Shown piece by piece: positions 50,301 through 63,575 of a stretch of 63,575 nt of DNA. Location of the stretch: positions 319,537 to 383,111 of the forward strand of contig NW_003314276.1 of NCBI RefSeq assembly GCF_000143415.4. Direction: 5' to 3'. Numbering within the stretch: the stretch's first letter is position 1; each line of letters opens with the position of its first letter. The notes beneath the pieces were generated by a model. That model did not search any database. It was not told the origin of the DNA and worked only from the letters and a program-made list of their open reading frames with translations. Both the position numbers and the translations under genes were made by a program. Origin of the DNA: Selaginella moellendorffii (Eukaryota > Plantae > Lycopodiophyta).

Positions 50301-51733
50301 TGTAGGTGGTTAAAATTTTGCATTCTACTTTAGTCACTTAACCACATTTTTTACCACTTGGAAGAGTCTCACTTACAACCTGTATAAGTCCCATTCCAGA
50401 CTTGGGGACATGCTAGTCCCATGAATGGCACCTATAGAACTTAGCCTTTGCATGTACTCTAAATGCTCCACATGTTTAATCCCATAATAAACACCCAAAG
50501 GTACCATTGACATATCAACCTATTATGCTAAAGTTATATTTGTGCATCTTTGTTTCATGGGTACTCCAAGACCACCCATTCTTAGGATGCTTAGAGACAT
50601 CGAGAACACCCTTTCTTAATATCCCTTCTTTGGTCCCCATTAAGACCTTTTTTATTCATGACCATGCTTGCTAACACCACCACTAGGTCAAGGCCCAAAG
50701 GCCCGACCATTAAATCCTATTGACCTCTAAAACTTCCTTATCATATGACCATATCCTTGGTCACTACACAAAAGGATTGCTCCTTTTCTTTTCCATAGTC
50801 CAGGAATTTAGGATAACATTTTGAAACATTGCAGCCCAATACGAGCCTTATGGGTACTCTCCCCACCTTCTGCCTCTAAATTCCCTAGCCATGTGGCTAG
50901 AGCAAGGTTTTGATGAACCACACCAGATAGGTAATGCTACACACACTTGGATTGGGAGCATTGAGCATTCGATCTCCCGAAGAAGGTAGAGCTGACTCTT
51001 GAACATTTCACCCATTTATCTATCCATATTCACTCTTCAGTGGTTATATTATAACTTACCATGTGGATATAACTTTCCTTGGTCACACTAGCCTTTCTTA
51101 GCCAAACTGGTTTCATTGGAGTCTTCCCCCTACTATCCTTTTGGAGCTCACCAAACCCCCCAAGGTTTGAGAGATGATTGCTTTGGGCTCTCACCCTTAG
51201 GCTTGGACTCAGAGTTGGACTTAGACTAGGACTTAGACTTGGTCTCGAACTTGGTCTTGGACTTAGTCTTAGACTCGACCCGGTCTTAGTCCTGGTCTTA
51301 GTCTCGGTCTTTGTCTCGGTCTTTGTCTCGGTCTTAGTCTCACTCCCCATCTCAGACTCCATCTTGGACTCATTCTTAGACTCCATCTTAGACTTCTTGG
51401 ACTTCATCTTAGACTCCTTCTTGGACTCTTTCTCAGAATCCATCTCAGACTCCTTCTCAAACTTTTTTTTAGACTCTATCTCAGACTCTTTCTCAAGCTC
51501 GGTCTTGACACTTCCATGTATTAATCCTCCTTGTGTCCCTTTTTAGAAACTCATTCACCGATAGCTTTGTACTCATTTTTCAAGCACTTTTTTTGGAGTT
51601 TCACTTCTGCCCTTAACTTTATGAGTCAGAGCTTTTTGTCCAAATATGTTACACTTGTTGGACTTTCGCTTCAACCACTGCAATATGCCACACTTTCAGC
51701 TCCACTTTAGGGCTTAGGGATTTGTATTTCACA
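50301..51733 (-). mobile_element. Old solo LTR of family A
   Basis: Homologous to 11138-12809 with TG...CA termini. Flanks TAAGA/CAAGA. Confidence 0.85.
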
Positions 51734-52039
51734 CAAGAGTCTCTCCTAAACCAATAGAAAGCAAACAATGAGCTCAAACTCTCCTTATATTTATTTCATA
51801 TTATATATTTTCAAGCATGTGATATATCATCTTAGCATACATCCTTTATAATTCTTACTGTAATTTCATGATCATCCTCAATTGTGAATCTGCAAGTATC
51901 ACCAATCTCACTCTAGTAATTTTTTAAAAATCTTTGTCAATCATTGTTTGTTTCAAATGTGCTATCTCTTTTACATCATTTTTGAGATGGAAAGTAAAAT
52001 TATCTACTATAAGATTTATATATCTACAAATTCCCTTGA

Positions 52040-52240
52040 CAAAACACAAGCACATAGTTGTTTCCGCCCAATTGGAATCCATCTATGAGCATAGAAGAAT
52101 AAAAAACCAGTTTGAGGTATTCTTTCAAGAAGTTGTCCTTACTGATATCCATGACCCTCAACAGAAGTTAAACGGCTGTAAAATAAATTCAATTATCATA
52201 TTTGAGAACCCTACAAATGACCTAAATGCCATCAAAGTTT
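52040..52240 (-). pseudogene. Possible copia RT / RNase H remnant
   Basis: Minus-strand peptides FRSFVG and MDSNWAE resemble copia YRSLVG and DSDWAG. Confidence 0.35.
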
Positions 52241-52821
52241 GTTTCTGAAGATCTTGCAGATCTCTTATGGGAGATTATTATAAGGATTGTAAAGTCTCAT
52301 GGATTTTCAAATGCTTTGACATCTTGTGCATCAAAAGATATTTACCTATAGTGTAAATGCAGCACATGTGGGTTTTACCCTTTATCCTATGGTGATTTAC
52401 CATAGAATAACTACAAAGCGGAACCTAAACCCTCCATGTACCATGTCATATGCCATGTGTCACATGCCACGTGTCTAAAGGACAGTGGTGTGGGACCCAA
52501 GTTTTAGGGCCTTGGGCCATTGAATGAAGAAACTGTGCTAAACTCCTAAGCATGGAGCCAAGGAATGATGGAACCGGACCACAGAGCAACTCCTGAGCAT
52601 ACAGCCCAAGGAGCGAAGGGATAGGAGCACGAAATGACTTGGATCAATCCTAGAGCAACCAGCATCCCAATGCCAGGACCAACATGCAAAACAGAGCCAG
52701 ATAGGGTCTGGTGCTATTTCAGCATACTGGTGGTCTAACACGAGGATATGGGTACTCCACCAGTTAGCAATTAGCATAGTGTGGAGCTTGGGCTTAGACC
52801 CAAGCCAAACGTAGAACAAGG

Positions 52822-55800
52822 TGTCGCGAATGTGACTTCGGGTATCGAAAGTTACCTGTCGGCCAGTCCTTACGGACACTCTTACCTTACTGCCACGACG
52901 GCAGGAGGTCGGTATTGCTGGACCCGTTATTAGTCTCCGCCTAAGCTAGTTGAGAAACTGGTCCTCGCATGTGCACTTGACCAGATGGGCATAAGGATGG
53001 AATTCCTAAGTGCTATTAGTCAAGCATACTTGACCTGGTTAGAGAAACTCATTCATTGACTTGCACTTGCTAGTGTTGGGAACCCCCGCGATATTGAGCT
53101 TGGTCCCTCAATATCGCTAAATGATAGCTTACCGTGTCTGCCAAACACCCTCGCTATCATGCCCTTTGTGTTAGTCTCATTTTGGTCCCAAATGCTATTT
53201 ATGGAAAGTGTCCAGATTTGCTCATTTGGCATATCTACGGAATGTAGAGATCGTCCTGAACACAATGGTGTTCGTCCCATGTCCAAATTCGCAATCTAGG
53301 GACATTCCATATTTAGTAAGTTTCGAGCTTGTCCCAGAGACTAACTCCTGATACTAAGGGAGGCTTGGGGTGAAAGCCCAAAGCGTGTGTTCCTCAAGGG
53401 GGGGGGGGGCTATGGGGGGTTCCAAATGTATAGTAGGGATAGTGGGTAGGTCGGGCATGGCCGACCAACCTGAGGCATAGTCTAGCTCCCGCTTGCGTGC
53501 CTGTCCTTGTTCTACGTCCGGCTTGGGTCTAAGCCCAAGCTCCATTCCATGCTAGTTGGTGGAGTACCCATGTCCTTGCGTTAGGCCACCGGTATGCCGA
53601 AATAGCGCCAAACTCCGTTTGGCTCCGTTTTGCGTGCTGGTCCTGGCATTGGGATGCTGGTTGCTCCAGGACTGTTCCAAGTCGCTCCGGGCTCCTGTCC
53701 CTTCGCTCCTTGGGCTATATGCTCAGGAGTTGCTTCGTGGTTCGGTTCCATCACTCCTTGGCTCCATGCTTGGGAGTTTGGCACCGTTCCTTCGTTCAGT
53801 GGCCCAAGGCCCTGGACCTTGGGTTCCTATGGACACGTGGCATGGACACATGGCATGTGACACATGGCATCTGTCACATGGCATAAGGAGGGTCTAGGTT
53901 CCGCTTCGTGGTGTTATCCTATGGTAAATCACCATAGGATAAAGGGTTAAAACCACGTGCGCTACATTTGGTATCAGAGGATGAGTCTCAGCGAGTACTA
54001 TCCAATGAGATTGGGCAACTAGTCTCGTTGCATACGCAGAGATGAAAACGATGATCCGAGTGGGTACACGTTTGGGTGCAAAGACTTCGCATTGGTTCCT
54101 TGGGATAGGTTTTGGTTACCTTTTTGTTCCATATTATGTGAGTTTGCACTTGGGCTCGTGAGTGAGGCGCATTAGCAACTCGAGGTTACACTTTGAGTTG
54201 GCAGGATTAATGTTAACCTATCGGTGGTTCCGTAAGTTGTTCCATGTACCATGGGTGAAAAGCAAACCTCCCTGGGTTTGCTATGAGTGGCAAATAGGCT
54301 GGTCCGTAGCTGTTTAGCGCGGCACTAGTGGATCCTTCCTAGGCATGATTACAAGTGGATCAATCAAGACTGTAGGGATGAGTCTATTGATTCAAGTAAT
54401 CATTGCCGTGCTCTCTCATAAACTTTTCTTCGATTGAACTGAAGGCAGTGTGAAAGCAAACTTGAGGTTTGGTCAAAGATGAGACCGAAAAGAGAGTCAT
54501 CGGGGACGGAGGATCAAACACGTAAATCATCTTCTTCTTGGAGAGACGATTTGCAACAAGGTGTTAACTCATTGCTTGTGTTCACATTATGCAATCAAGA
54601 GTCCCTACCTTGATGCATGTTGGAAGTGATGGTCTTACAAGTGGTGAGTTATGGGATGGATAGTGGTGAAACACTAAACCATTTTGTCTAGGCTTGCTAT
54701 TGGAAGACTTGGGTTGCAATGCTCAATTCTTTTCCGGAGAACCTTGCTATTGCTCCTTGAGTAGGTTAGTGTTGGATTAGTGTTGAGTTTGGTCGGAAAG
54801 AGAGTGGCATGAGCTTGTCCGTGTTGTGAACAAAAGTTAGTGGTGTTGGGTGTTGTAAACCTCTATTGGTGGAGTGTGGCATTTATGTTGCATTTTGTCG
54901 AATCGAGTTGGCATTTGATACTCACATAAACGTTTGAAGTAATGACATAGGCATTGCTCATTGCGTTACTCAATTGATGATCAAGTCATTGTGATGCTTA
55001 TATCATATCCATGTGATAAAGAGTAATGCGTTTACGAAGTTGCTTGGGTAAATGATGATCAACCCCAAAGTGGTTGATGGAGAAGCTAGTCTACTTGCAT
55101 GAAGTAGCATTGTAGTAGCTTTGACTGGATTCTCTATAGTGGTCCATTATGCTAAGCTTAAGTTGGTACCTTGTTTCCTTAAGTTTGCCCACTAAGGTGT
55201 TGGAAAAGGGTTGTAGCATTCATTTGCTATAGCTTGTCGGTTGATCCGTTAGCACTTGGAGTAGATTGTTGGATGGAGAAGATGTGGAGTTGGGGCATTG
55301 ACGTCACTAGCACTTGTGTTAGTGAAAGTGGCATTGTTATTTCAAGTGATGAGGAATTTTCCTTGGACCTTGATTTTTCCATGTCATTTTTCTTGTTAGT
55401 GTTTTGGCTTCACATTGGATCTTGAAGGTGATTGAAGAAGAGTGTTAGTGCAATATGGATATCCGAAGATGTGGTCTTCGTGATCAAGCCTTGGATGTTC
55501 ATTTTGCATTTTGCAGATGTCGGAGTTGGATATCGGAAATATGGGCAAAAAGATGTTCGATGCTTAAGCATATTATGGATCATAAGAATCTGTGTTGAGG
55601 TGAACCTATGTGAAGTTGTTTGTAGGAGGAAGTTGGTTGAGTCTTGAAAGTTTGCAATCCTGGACTAAGAGTCATTCTTTCTCTAGGATGGAAATTTTCC
55701 ACAAATTTTCTTAGACTTCCCCAATGGCTGATCTGTTGATCACTTTGCCGAAAACCATTCCATTTTTCGTAAGCCAGTACAAACTAGTGAAGGGGTTCGA

Positions 55801-58800
55801 GTTAACCTTGGTTAACTTAGACCTTAGTATATAGTTTGTATGATGCGACCCGAAAGGGATGCTGACTTTTGGGGCTAAAGCAATTGAGTTGGATAGAGTC
55901 TGGAGTTAGTGTAGAAAAGTGGCCGTTGCACTTTTCTAAGAAGGGTGACTCTTGTGCCTTTCTTTTGTAGCATTATGTTTGGTGGCAGGTTGCACCTTGC
56001 ATTTCGCTAAGACTCTATGAGAGTAGTGAGCTCTCACTGATCTTGACTTAGTCTTGGTAGCCCTGCACCTTGGCTGAGGATGGTGATGTCCAACTTAGTT
56101 GTTTGAGGTTGAGATGTTGGTACCCATACTATAGCTTTGTCTATGAGGAGGTTGTGTACCGATATGAGTCCATCTCATGGTCTTCACTTTAGTTTTGATT
56201 GAGTGTTGATCATGCATAGCTAGCCTCTTCAAGGCATGCTCAGAACTATTGACTAGGTGTGTTGGTGAGCTTATCGCAGTTGAGTTGGATTTGAGTGGTC
56301 ATTTTGTTTGTGCTTGTCTATGAACTTTTATCTTGTACCTGAGGTATCACGTTCATGTTGGACAAGTATATAACTTGATGACAAGAGTTAGTGTTCGGGT
56401 CTTGTGAAGGCAAGTTAAAGGGTGATTGTTAGTTGCTTTGCGACTAGTGATTACTTGTAGACTTTGTCAAAAAGACTGTTGATACTTGCTTTGCTCGATG
56501 ATAATTTAGCAGTGATGGGCTTGCTTTACCGGATGGTGTTGTGGAGGATCGTGTCGTTAGACTTACATGAGTTTTTCATGTTGGCATGTCGACTCTACCT
56601 CTGTTGATATCATTTGGTTACATTTCGTCCGTAGTGTTAGATTTCATTGAGTCTTGGATGTGGTGATTCACTCCTTGAGGAAGTGTTATCTGTGACTGAG
56701 TATTGTTGAGAGATTGGTCTTGGATACTGAGTAAAGTATCTCCGACTTTGGTTAGCTTGGTTGCTAGAGAGCTTTGAGTGGTGATACACTCGTGCTTTCT
56801 TCTAGCTTTGTTTTAGTGTTGGTGGCACTGAGGTGATGCTTTGTCGTTGACATTGTTGATATTGAGATTTCAGTGAAATGAGATGTCTCTCTGCAAGATT
56901 GATGTCGAGTTTCATTAGTCTTAATGAAGATAGTGTTGATGATTTGGCTATGGCTTTGTGTTATTGGCATTCGTACATTTGCTAGTTCGCAACTATGTTG
57001 ACGTTCAAATGAACTGAGTGGCAAGTTTGAGTTAGTTGTGTTCTAAACGAGGTTATTTAGTAGGGGTTGAGCTTCAGCTTTTCCTTGAAAAGTGATTTAG
57101 TCGTGGATAACACTAACTTTACGAGATGAAGAGTTAGTGATTGATATTGGAATATTTGAATCCTTATTGGATTTGAGTTGGAATATATCGATCATTGATG
57201 ATTCTTCTTGTGCTTGTTATGATGTGAGTTACGTCTTGCTATAGATGGATTCATGGAGGATCGTTTGATGATCACTTGTTGAGCATAGCTTTGTTATGTT
57301 TAGCTTTTGGATTGATGCAGACATGCTCTTCATTAGCTTTGCATTATAAAGTTTAGCTTATGGAAGTGTTGAAGAGGATATTGTGGGTTGTACCATGATT
57401 TCTTTTTAGCATTGACGTTAATTCATGCAAGACTCGTGATCATTATTAGGCAAGACTTGGCTATAAACTTCTTTGAACTTTTGGTTCTTTGAGTTTTCAT
57501 GCTCATTGTTCCATTTGTTAGAAGTTGTTGGGGAAGGCATTTTGGCTCATTAGCTTCAGTGTTGAAGTTAGTATTTGCATCTGGCAGTCATTGGTGATGA
57601 TTGACTATCATCTGGGATAGTTGATTATCCTTGTCAAAAAGGCTTTACTTGATTATTGTTGGTATAGAATGATTTACCATTCTTTAGGATGGTGGATTTC
57701 TTCTTCAATGATGATTATGCATCTTTTTGTTGATAGGATGATTGATGATCTTTCATGATAGTTAGTTGTTCTCTTTGATGGCTTATGGCTTTTTGCAATA
57801 CCACATGTTCTTTGTGGTTTGCTCTGGATTAGTCTCTTGGGTTTGAGACATCAATAGGATGTTGCTAACACTTGCTTGAGCAACTCTGGTTCCTTGGTAT
57901 TGTTGATTGAGATCTATTTAGATTTGCTAGTGCAATAGTTGATATGAACAAGTGTTTGTTTGCTTTGCAACATTCATTTTGATCTGTTGATTATTGCTCG
58001 AGTTAGTTCTCATAGATTCGGATGTTATGGCCTTCGGGTGCAACATTCGCGAGCATTGTGCTTGTTACTCAATAATACTTTGTGTTCTTTGAGTTGTGTT
58101 TTGTGAGTTGTTTGGCATACTATCTGCCATTTTCGATAGTTAAGTTTCATCATTGAGTTTCCTTGATGATCTACTTGCTATTGAATTTTGTTGGATGGTG
58201 ATTCCTATGTTTACCAATTATGATGATCTTGGTGGTTCCTATCTACAATACTACTAGTTTATTGGATGATAACTTGCTTAGAATACTTTTATGTTCTACT
58301 CTAAGATATAATCACTAGTAATTAAGCTTCTCAGATATCATTGTCTCTGACTTTGATATTGTCCATCCATTAATCTTTGAGTTTGGGCCAATATAGGCAG
58401 ACTGGCTTCGGCACTTCGTGTGCATCGTGAAATCTCTAGTCATGGGGTAGCTACTGTCGACTGGTCACATCACCCCCCTCTCTGTCGATGTTCCTTATTT
58501 TGTTGAAAGGGCGTGACCGTGTAAACAACTCTAACTGCCTGTTTACAGTAGTCTATCTAAACCTTACCGACGGGTTTGGTTTCTTTGCTCAGGAGGGTTG
58601 GGGCCTCTGGCTTCTCTCTCTATGTCCCTGCGGGCAGGGCATATCACACTTTTGTAAGCTGGGTGACTCCCAGAGTAGCAGAGGTGGCTGACTCCATTGG
58701 TCATTTCCTTGTCAGCGACGGCTGGAAGGTGTCTGAGTGGGTAGCGCATCTGCGTTAGACAAAGAGGTTGTCCCCTAACTCATTTAAGTTGATGCATTTC

Positions 58801-61800
58801 TCACATAGTGCGAGTACCGTGAACTTTTTCTGGAGTTGTTTCCTTGGCGGTATTCTAGACTCGAGTATGCATCGACGAGGACGTCGATCTTCCCCAAGGG
58901 GGGGAGAGTGTCGCGAATGTGACTTTGGGTATCGAAAGTTACCTGTCGGCCAGTCCTTACGGACACTCTTACCTTACTGCCACGACGGCAGGAGGTCGGT
59001 ATTACTAGACCCATTATTAGTCTCCGCCTAAGCTAGTTGAGAAACTGGTCCTTGCGTGTGCACTTGACCAGATGGGCATAAGGATGGAATTCCTAAGTGC
59101 TATTAGTCAAGCATACTTGACCTGGTTAGAGAAACTCATTCGTTGACTTGCACTTGCTAGTGTTGGGAACCCCCGCGATATTGAGCTTGGTCCCTCAATA
59201 TCGCTAAATAATAGCTTACCGTGTCTGCCAAACACCCTCGCTATCATGCCCTTTGTGTTAGTCTCATTTTGGTCCCAAATGCTATTTATGGAAAGTGTCC
59301 AGATTTGCTCATTTGGCATATCTACGGAATGTAGAGATCGTCCTGAACACAATGGTGTTCGTCCCATGTCCAAATTCGCACTCTAGGGACATTCCATATT
59401 TAGTAAGTTTCGAGCTTGTCCCAGAGACTAACTCCTGATACTAAGGGAGGCTTGGGGTGAAAGCCCAAAGCGTGTGTTCCTCAAGGGGGGGGGGGGGGGC
59501 TATGGGGGGTTCCAAATGTATAGTAGGGATAGTGGGTAGGTCGGGCATGGCCGACCAACCTGAGGCATAGTCTAGCTCCTGCTTGCATGCCTGTCCTTGT
59601 TCTACGTCCGGCTTGGGTCTAAGCCCAAGCTCCATTCCATGCTAGTTGGTGGAGTACCCATGTCCTCGCGTTAGGCCACCGGTATGCCGAAATAGTGCCA
59701 GACTCCGTTTGGCTCCGTTTTGCGTGCTGGTCCTGGCATTGGGATGCTGGTTGCTCCAGGACTGTTCCAAGTCGCTCCGGGCTCCTGTCCCTTCGCTCCT
59801 TGGGCTATATGCTCAGGAGTTGCTTCGTGGTTCGGTTCCATCACTCCTTGGCTCCATGCTTGGGAGTTTGGCACCGTTCCTTCGTTCAGTGGCCCAAGGC
59901 CCTGGACCTTGGGTTCCTATGGACACGTGGCATGGACACGTGGCATGTGACACATGGCATCTGTCACATGGCATAAGGAGGGTCTAGGTTCCGCTTCGTG
60001 GTGTTATCCTATGGTAAATCACCATAGGATAAAGGGTTAAAACCACGTGCGCTACATTTGGTATCAGAGGATGAGTCTCAGCGAGTACTATCCAATGAGA
60101 TTGGGCAACTAGTCTCGTTGCATACGCAGAGATGAAAACGATGATCCGAGTGGGTACACGTTTGGGTGTAAAGACTTCGCATTGGTTCCTTGGGATAGGT
60201 TTTGGTTACCTTTTTGTTCCATATTATGTGAGTTTGCGCTTGGGCTCGTGAGTGAGGCGCATTAGCAACTCGAGGTTACACTTTGAGTTGGCAGGATTAA
60301 TGTTAACCTATTGGTGGTTCCGTAAGTTGTTCCATGTACCATGGGTGAAAAGCAAACCTCCCTAGGTTTGCTATGAGTGGCAAATAGGCTGGTCCGTAGC
60401 TGTTTAGCGCGGCACTAGTGGATCCTTCCTAGGCATGATTACAAGTGGATCAATCAAGACTGTAGGGATGAGTCTATTGATTCAAGTAATCATTGCCATG
60501 CTCTCTCATAAACTTTTCTTCAATTGAACTGAAGGCAGTGTGAAAGCAAACTTGAGGTTTGGTCAAAGATGAGACCGAAAAGAGAGTCATCGGGGACGGA
60601 GGATCAAACACGTAAATCATCTTCTTCTTGGAGAGACGATTTGCAACAAGGTGTTAACTCATTGCTTGTGTTCACATTATGCAATCAAGAGTCCCTACCT
60701 TGATGCATGTTGGAAGTGATGGTCTTACAAGTGGTGAGTTATGGGATGGATAGTGGTGAAACACTAAACCATTTTGTCTAGGCTTGCTATTGGAAGACTT
60801 GGGTTGCAATGCTCAATTCTTTTCCGGAGAACCTTGCTATTGCTCCTTGAGTAGGTTGGTGTTGGATTAGTGTTGAGTTTGGTCGGAAAGAGAGTGGCAT
60901 GAGCTTGTCCGTGTTGTGAACAAAAGTTAGTGGTGTTGGGTGTTGTAAACCTCTATTGGTGGAGTGTGGCATTTATGTTGCATTTTGTCGAATCGAGTTG
61001 GCATTTGATACTCACATAAACGTTTGAAATAATGACATAGGCATTGCTCATTGCGTTACTCAATTGATGATCAAGTCATTGTGATGCTTATATCATATCC
61101 ATGTGATAAAGAGTAATGCGTTTACGAAGTTGCTTGGGTAAATGATGATCAACCCCAAAGTGGTTGATGGAGAAGCTAGTCTACTTGCATGAAGTAGCAT
61201 TGTAGTAGCTTTGACTGGATTCTCTATAGTGGTCCATTATGCTAAGCTTAAGTTGGTACCTTGTTTCCTTAAGTTTGCCCACTAAGGTGTTGGAAAAGGG
61301 TTGTAGCATTCATTTGCTATAGCTTGTCGGTTGATCCGTTAGCACTTGGAGTAGATTGTTGGATGGAGAAGATGTGGAGTTGGGGCATTGACGTCACTAG
61401 CACTTGTGTTAGTGAAAGTGGCATTGTTATTTCAAGTGATGAGGAATTTTCCTTGGACCTTGATTTTTCCATGTCATTTTTCTTGTTAGTGTTTTGGCTT
61501 CACATTGGATCTTAAAGGTGATTGAAGAAGAGTGTTAGTGCAATATGGATATCCGAAGATGTGGTCTTCGTGATCAAGCCTTGGATGTTCATTTTGCATT
61601 TTGCGGATGTCGGAGTTGGATATCGGAAATATGGGCAAAAAGATGTTCGATGCTTAAGCATATTATGGATCATAAGAATCTGTGTTGAGGTGAACCTATG
61701 TGAAGTTGTTTGTAGGAGGAAGTTGGTTGAGTCTTGAAAGTTTGCAATCCTGGACTAAGAGTCATTCTTTCTCTAGGATGGAAATTTTCCACAAATTTTC

Positions 61801-61945
61801 TTAGACTTCCCCAATGGCTTATCTGTTGATCACTTTGCCGAAAACCATTCCATTTTTCGTAAGCCAGTACAAACTAGTGAAGGGGTTCGAGTTAACCTTG
61901 GTTAACTTAGACCTTAGTATATAGTTTGTATGATGCGACCCGAAA
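52822..61945 (+). mobile_element. Young non-coding LARD-like family B element in tandem: LTR-internal-LTR-partial internal
   Basis: LTRs at 52822-53966 and 58909-60056 (roughly 15 substitutions by eye) are both followed by PBS TGGTATCAGAG. PPT AAGGGGGGGAGAG precedes 58909. 60057-61945 repeats 53967-55855. Confidence 0.92.
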
Positions 61946-63002
61946 ATATCATCTAGCGATATTGAGGGACTAAACTTAATATCACGAGGGTTCTTGATAC
62001 TAACAAGTGCAAACCAACGATACATATTTATCAAAACAGGCCGAGTATGCTTAGCAAGAAACATATAGGGTTCCTACCTTATGTTTATCCAATTTAAGTG
62101 CATGTTCATTGACCAATTTATCAACTACCTTAAGTGGGAACTGATAATGGGTCCAGCAATACCAACCTTTTGCCGTCGTGGCAGTAAAGAAAGAATATTC
62201 GAAAGGACTAACTGATAGGTAACTTTCGATACCCAAAGTCACATTTGCAACACTCTCCCCCCCCTTAGGGAAAATTGACATCCTCATTGATGTATACTCG
62301 AGTCTAAACCACCAACAAGGAAACAACTCCAGAAAAAGTTCACAGTGATCACACTATGTGAGAAATGCACCAACTTAAATAAGTTAAGATAACCTCTTTG
62401 TCTAACACAGATGAGCTACCAACTCAGACACCTTCTAGCCATCACTGACAAGGAAATGACCAATAAAGTTAGCCACCCTTGGTACTCTAAGTGTCACCCA
62501 ACTTACAAAAGTGTGATATGCCCCTGCCTACAGGGACATAGAGAGAGAAGCCAGAGGCCACAACCCTCATGAACAAAGAAACCAAACCCGTCGGTAAAGT
62601 TTAGATAAACTACTGTAAACAGACAATTAGAGTTGTTTACACGGTCATGCCCTTTTGAACAGAATAAGGAACATTGACAGAAAGGTGGGTTATGTGACCA
62701 ATTGACAGTAGCAACCCCATGACTAAAGATTTCACCATGCACACAAAGTGCCGAAGCCAGTCTGCCTAAATTGGCCCAAACTCAAAGATTAATAGATGGA
62801 CAATATCAAAGTCATAGACAATGATATCTTAGAGGCTTAATTATCAGTGAATAAATCTTAGATTAGAACACAAATGTATTCCAAGTAAGTTATCATCCAA
62901 TAAACCAGTATTAGAGTACAAGAATCACCAATATCATCATAATTGGAAAACATAGGATTCATCATCCAAAAAAAATCAATAGCAAGTGTATCATTAAGAA
63001 AC

Positions 63003-63147
63003 TGTAAGCTCCTGAGTCTGGACTTCCTAGGAGGTCACCCAACCTAGTACTATTCAAACCCAAGGATGCTTAACCCCAAGTATCCCAAGACCATTAACCA
63101 ATTGGAAAAGGGGGTGCTTATCCTAAGTATCCCTTTGATTGCTTACA
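63003..63147 (-). mobile_element. Cassandra solo LTR, internally deleted
   Basis: TGTAAGC...GCTTACA with 5S boxes on the minus strand and perfect TSD GAAAC. Confidence 0.9.
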
Positions 63148-63575
63148 GAAACTCAATAATTAAACATAACTACCAAAAATTGTAGATAGTATGCCAAACA
63201 ACTTACCAAAAATAACTCAAAGAACACAAAGTACTATTAACTGACAAGCACAATGCTTGTGAATGTATCACCTGAAGAAAATAACATCCTAATCTATCAA
63301 AATTAACTTGAACAATAATCAACAGAATAAAATGAATATAGTAAGACCAACAAACACTTAATCATCAACCATTGCACTATCCAATCTGAATAAATCCTAG
63401 TTAAACCATAAAGAACATGTGGTATTGTGAAAAGCTATAAGCCATCAAAGAGAATAACTAACTATCAGGAAAGATCATCAATCATTCCATCAATAGAGAG
63501 ATGCATATGTAAACAACAAATTTTTCTTTCCTTCAAGACTGTTTCCTGAACTGCCATAAGCTTATCACATGCGAG

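Larger units (their letters stand above)
52358..63575 (-). mobile_element. Older family B element whose 3' LTR (52358-52821 plus 61946-62252) is split by a younger family B tandem; internal region runs off the window
   Basis: Both pieces are reverse-complement homologs of LTR 52822-53966. The PPT complement CTCTCCCCCCCCTT follows 62252. 62253-63500 mirrors the internal region upstream of 58909. Confidence 0.85.

Overview
This is eukaryotic, plant-type repeat-rich DNA from a draft assembly with five N-gaps. I see no intact host gene. The window is almost entirely nested LTR retroelements. (1) Two divergently oriented copies of a short-LTR (~175 bp) Ty3/gypsy element with a tRNA-Ala-type PBS and a G GGA AAC plus pseudoknot -1 frameshift signal between gag and pol flank an F-box/kelch pseudogene. 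(2) Inside the minus-strand copy is an ~8.3 kb array of about 44 or more 188-bp units. Each unit is the element's own 3' internal tip, polypurine tract and first ~105 bp of a TATA-deleted U3. (3) There are four Cassandra TRIM copies or LTRs carrying 5S rRNA promoter boxes, and a 604-bp solo LTR that shares only Cassandra's terminal ~37 bp. (4) Two non-coding LARD-like families are present: family A has micro-repeat-filled 1.4-1.9 kb LTRs, and family B has 1.15 kb LTRs in an LTR-internal-LTR-internal tandem. (5) Decayed gypsy and copia remnants fill much of the rest. A non-seed vascular plant host (lycophyte or fern) is a weak inference only. All coordinates and alignments were read by eye.
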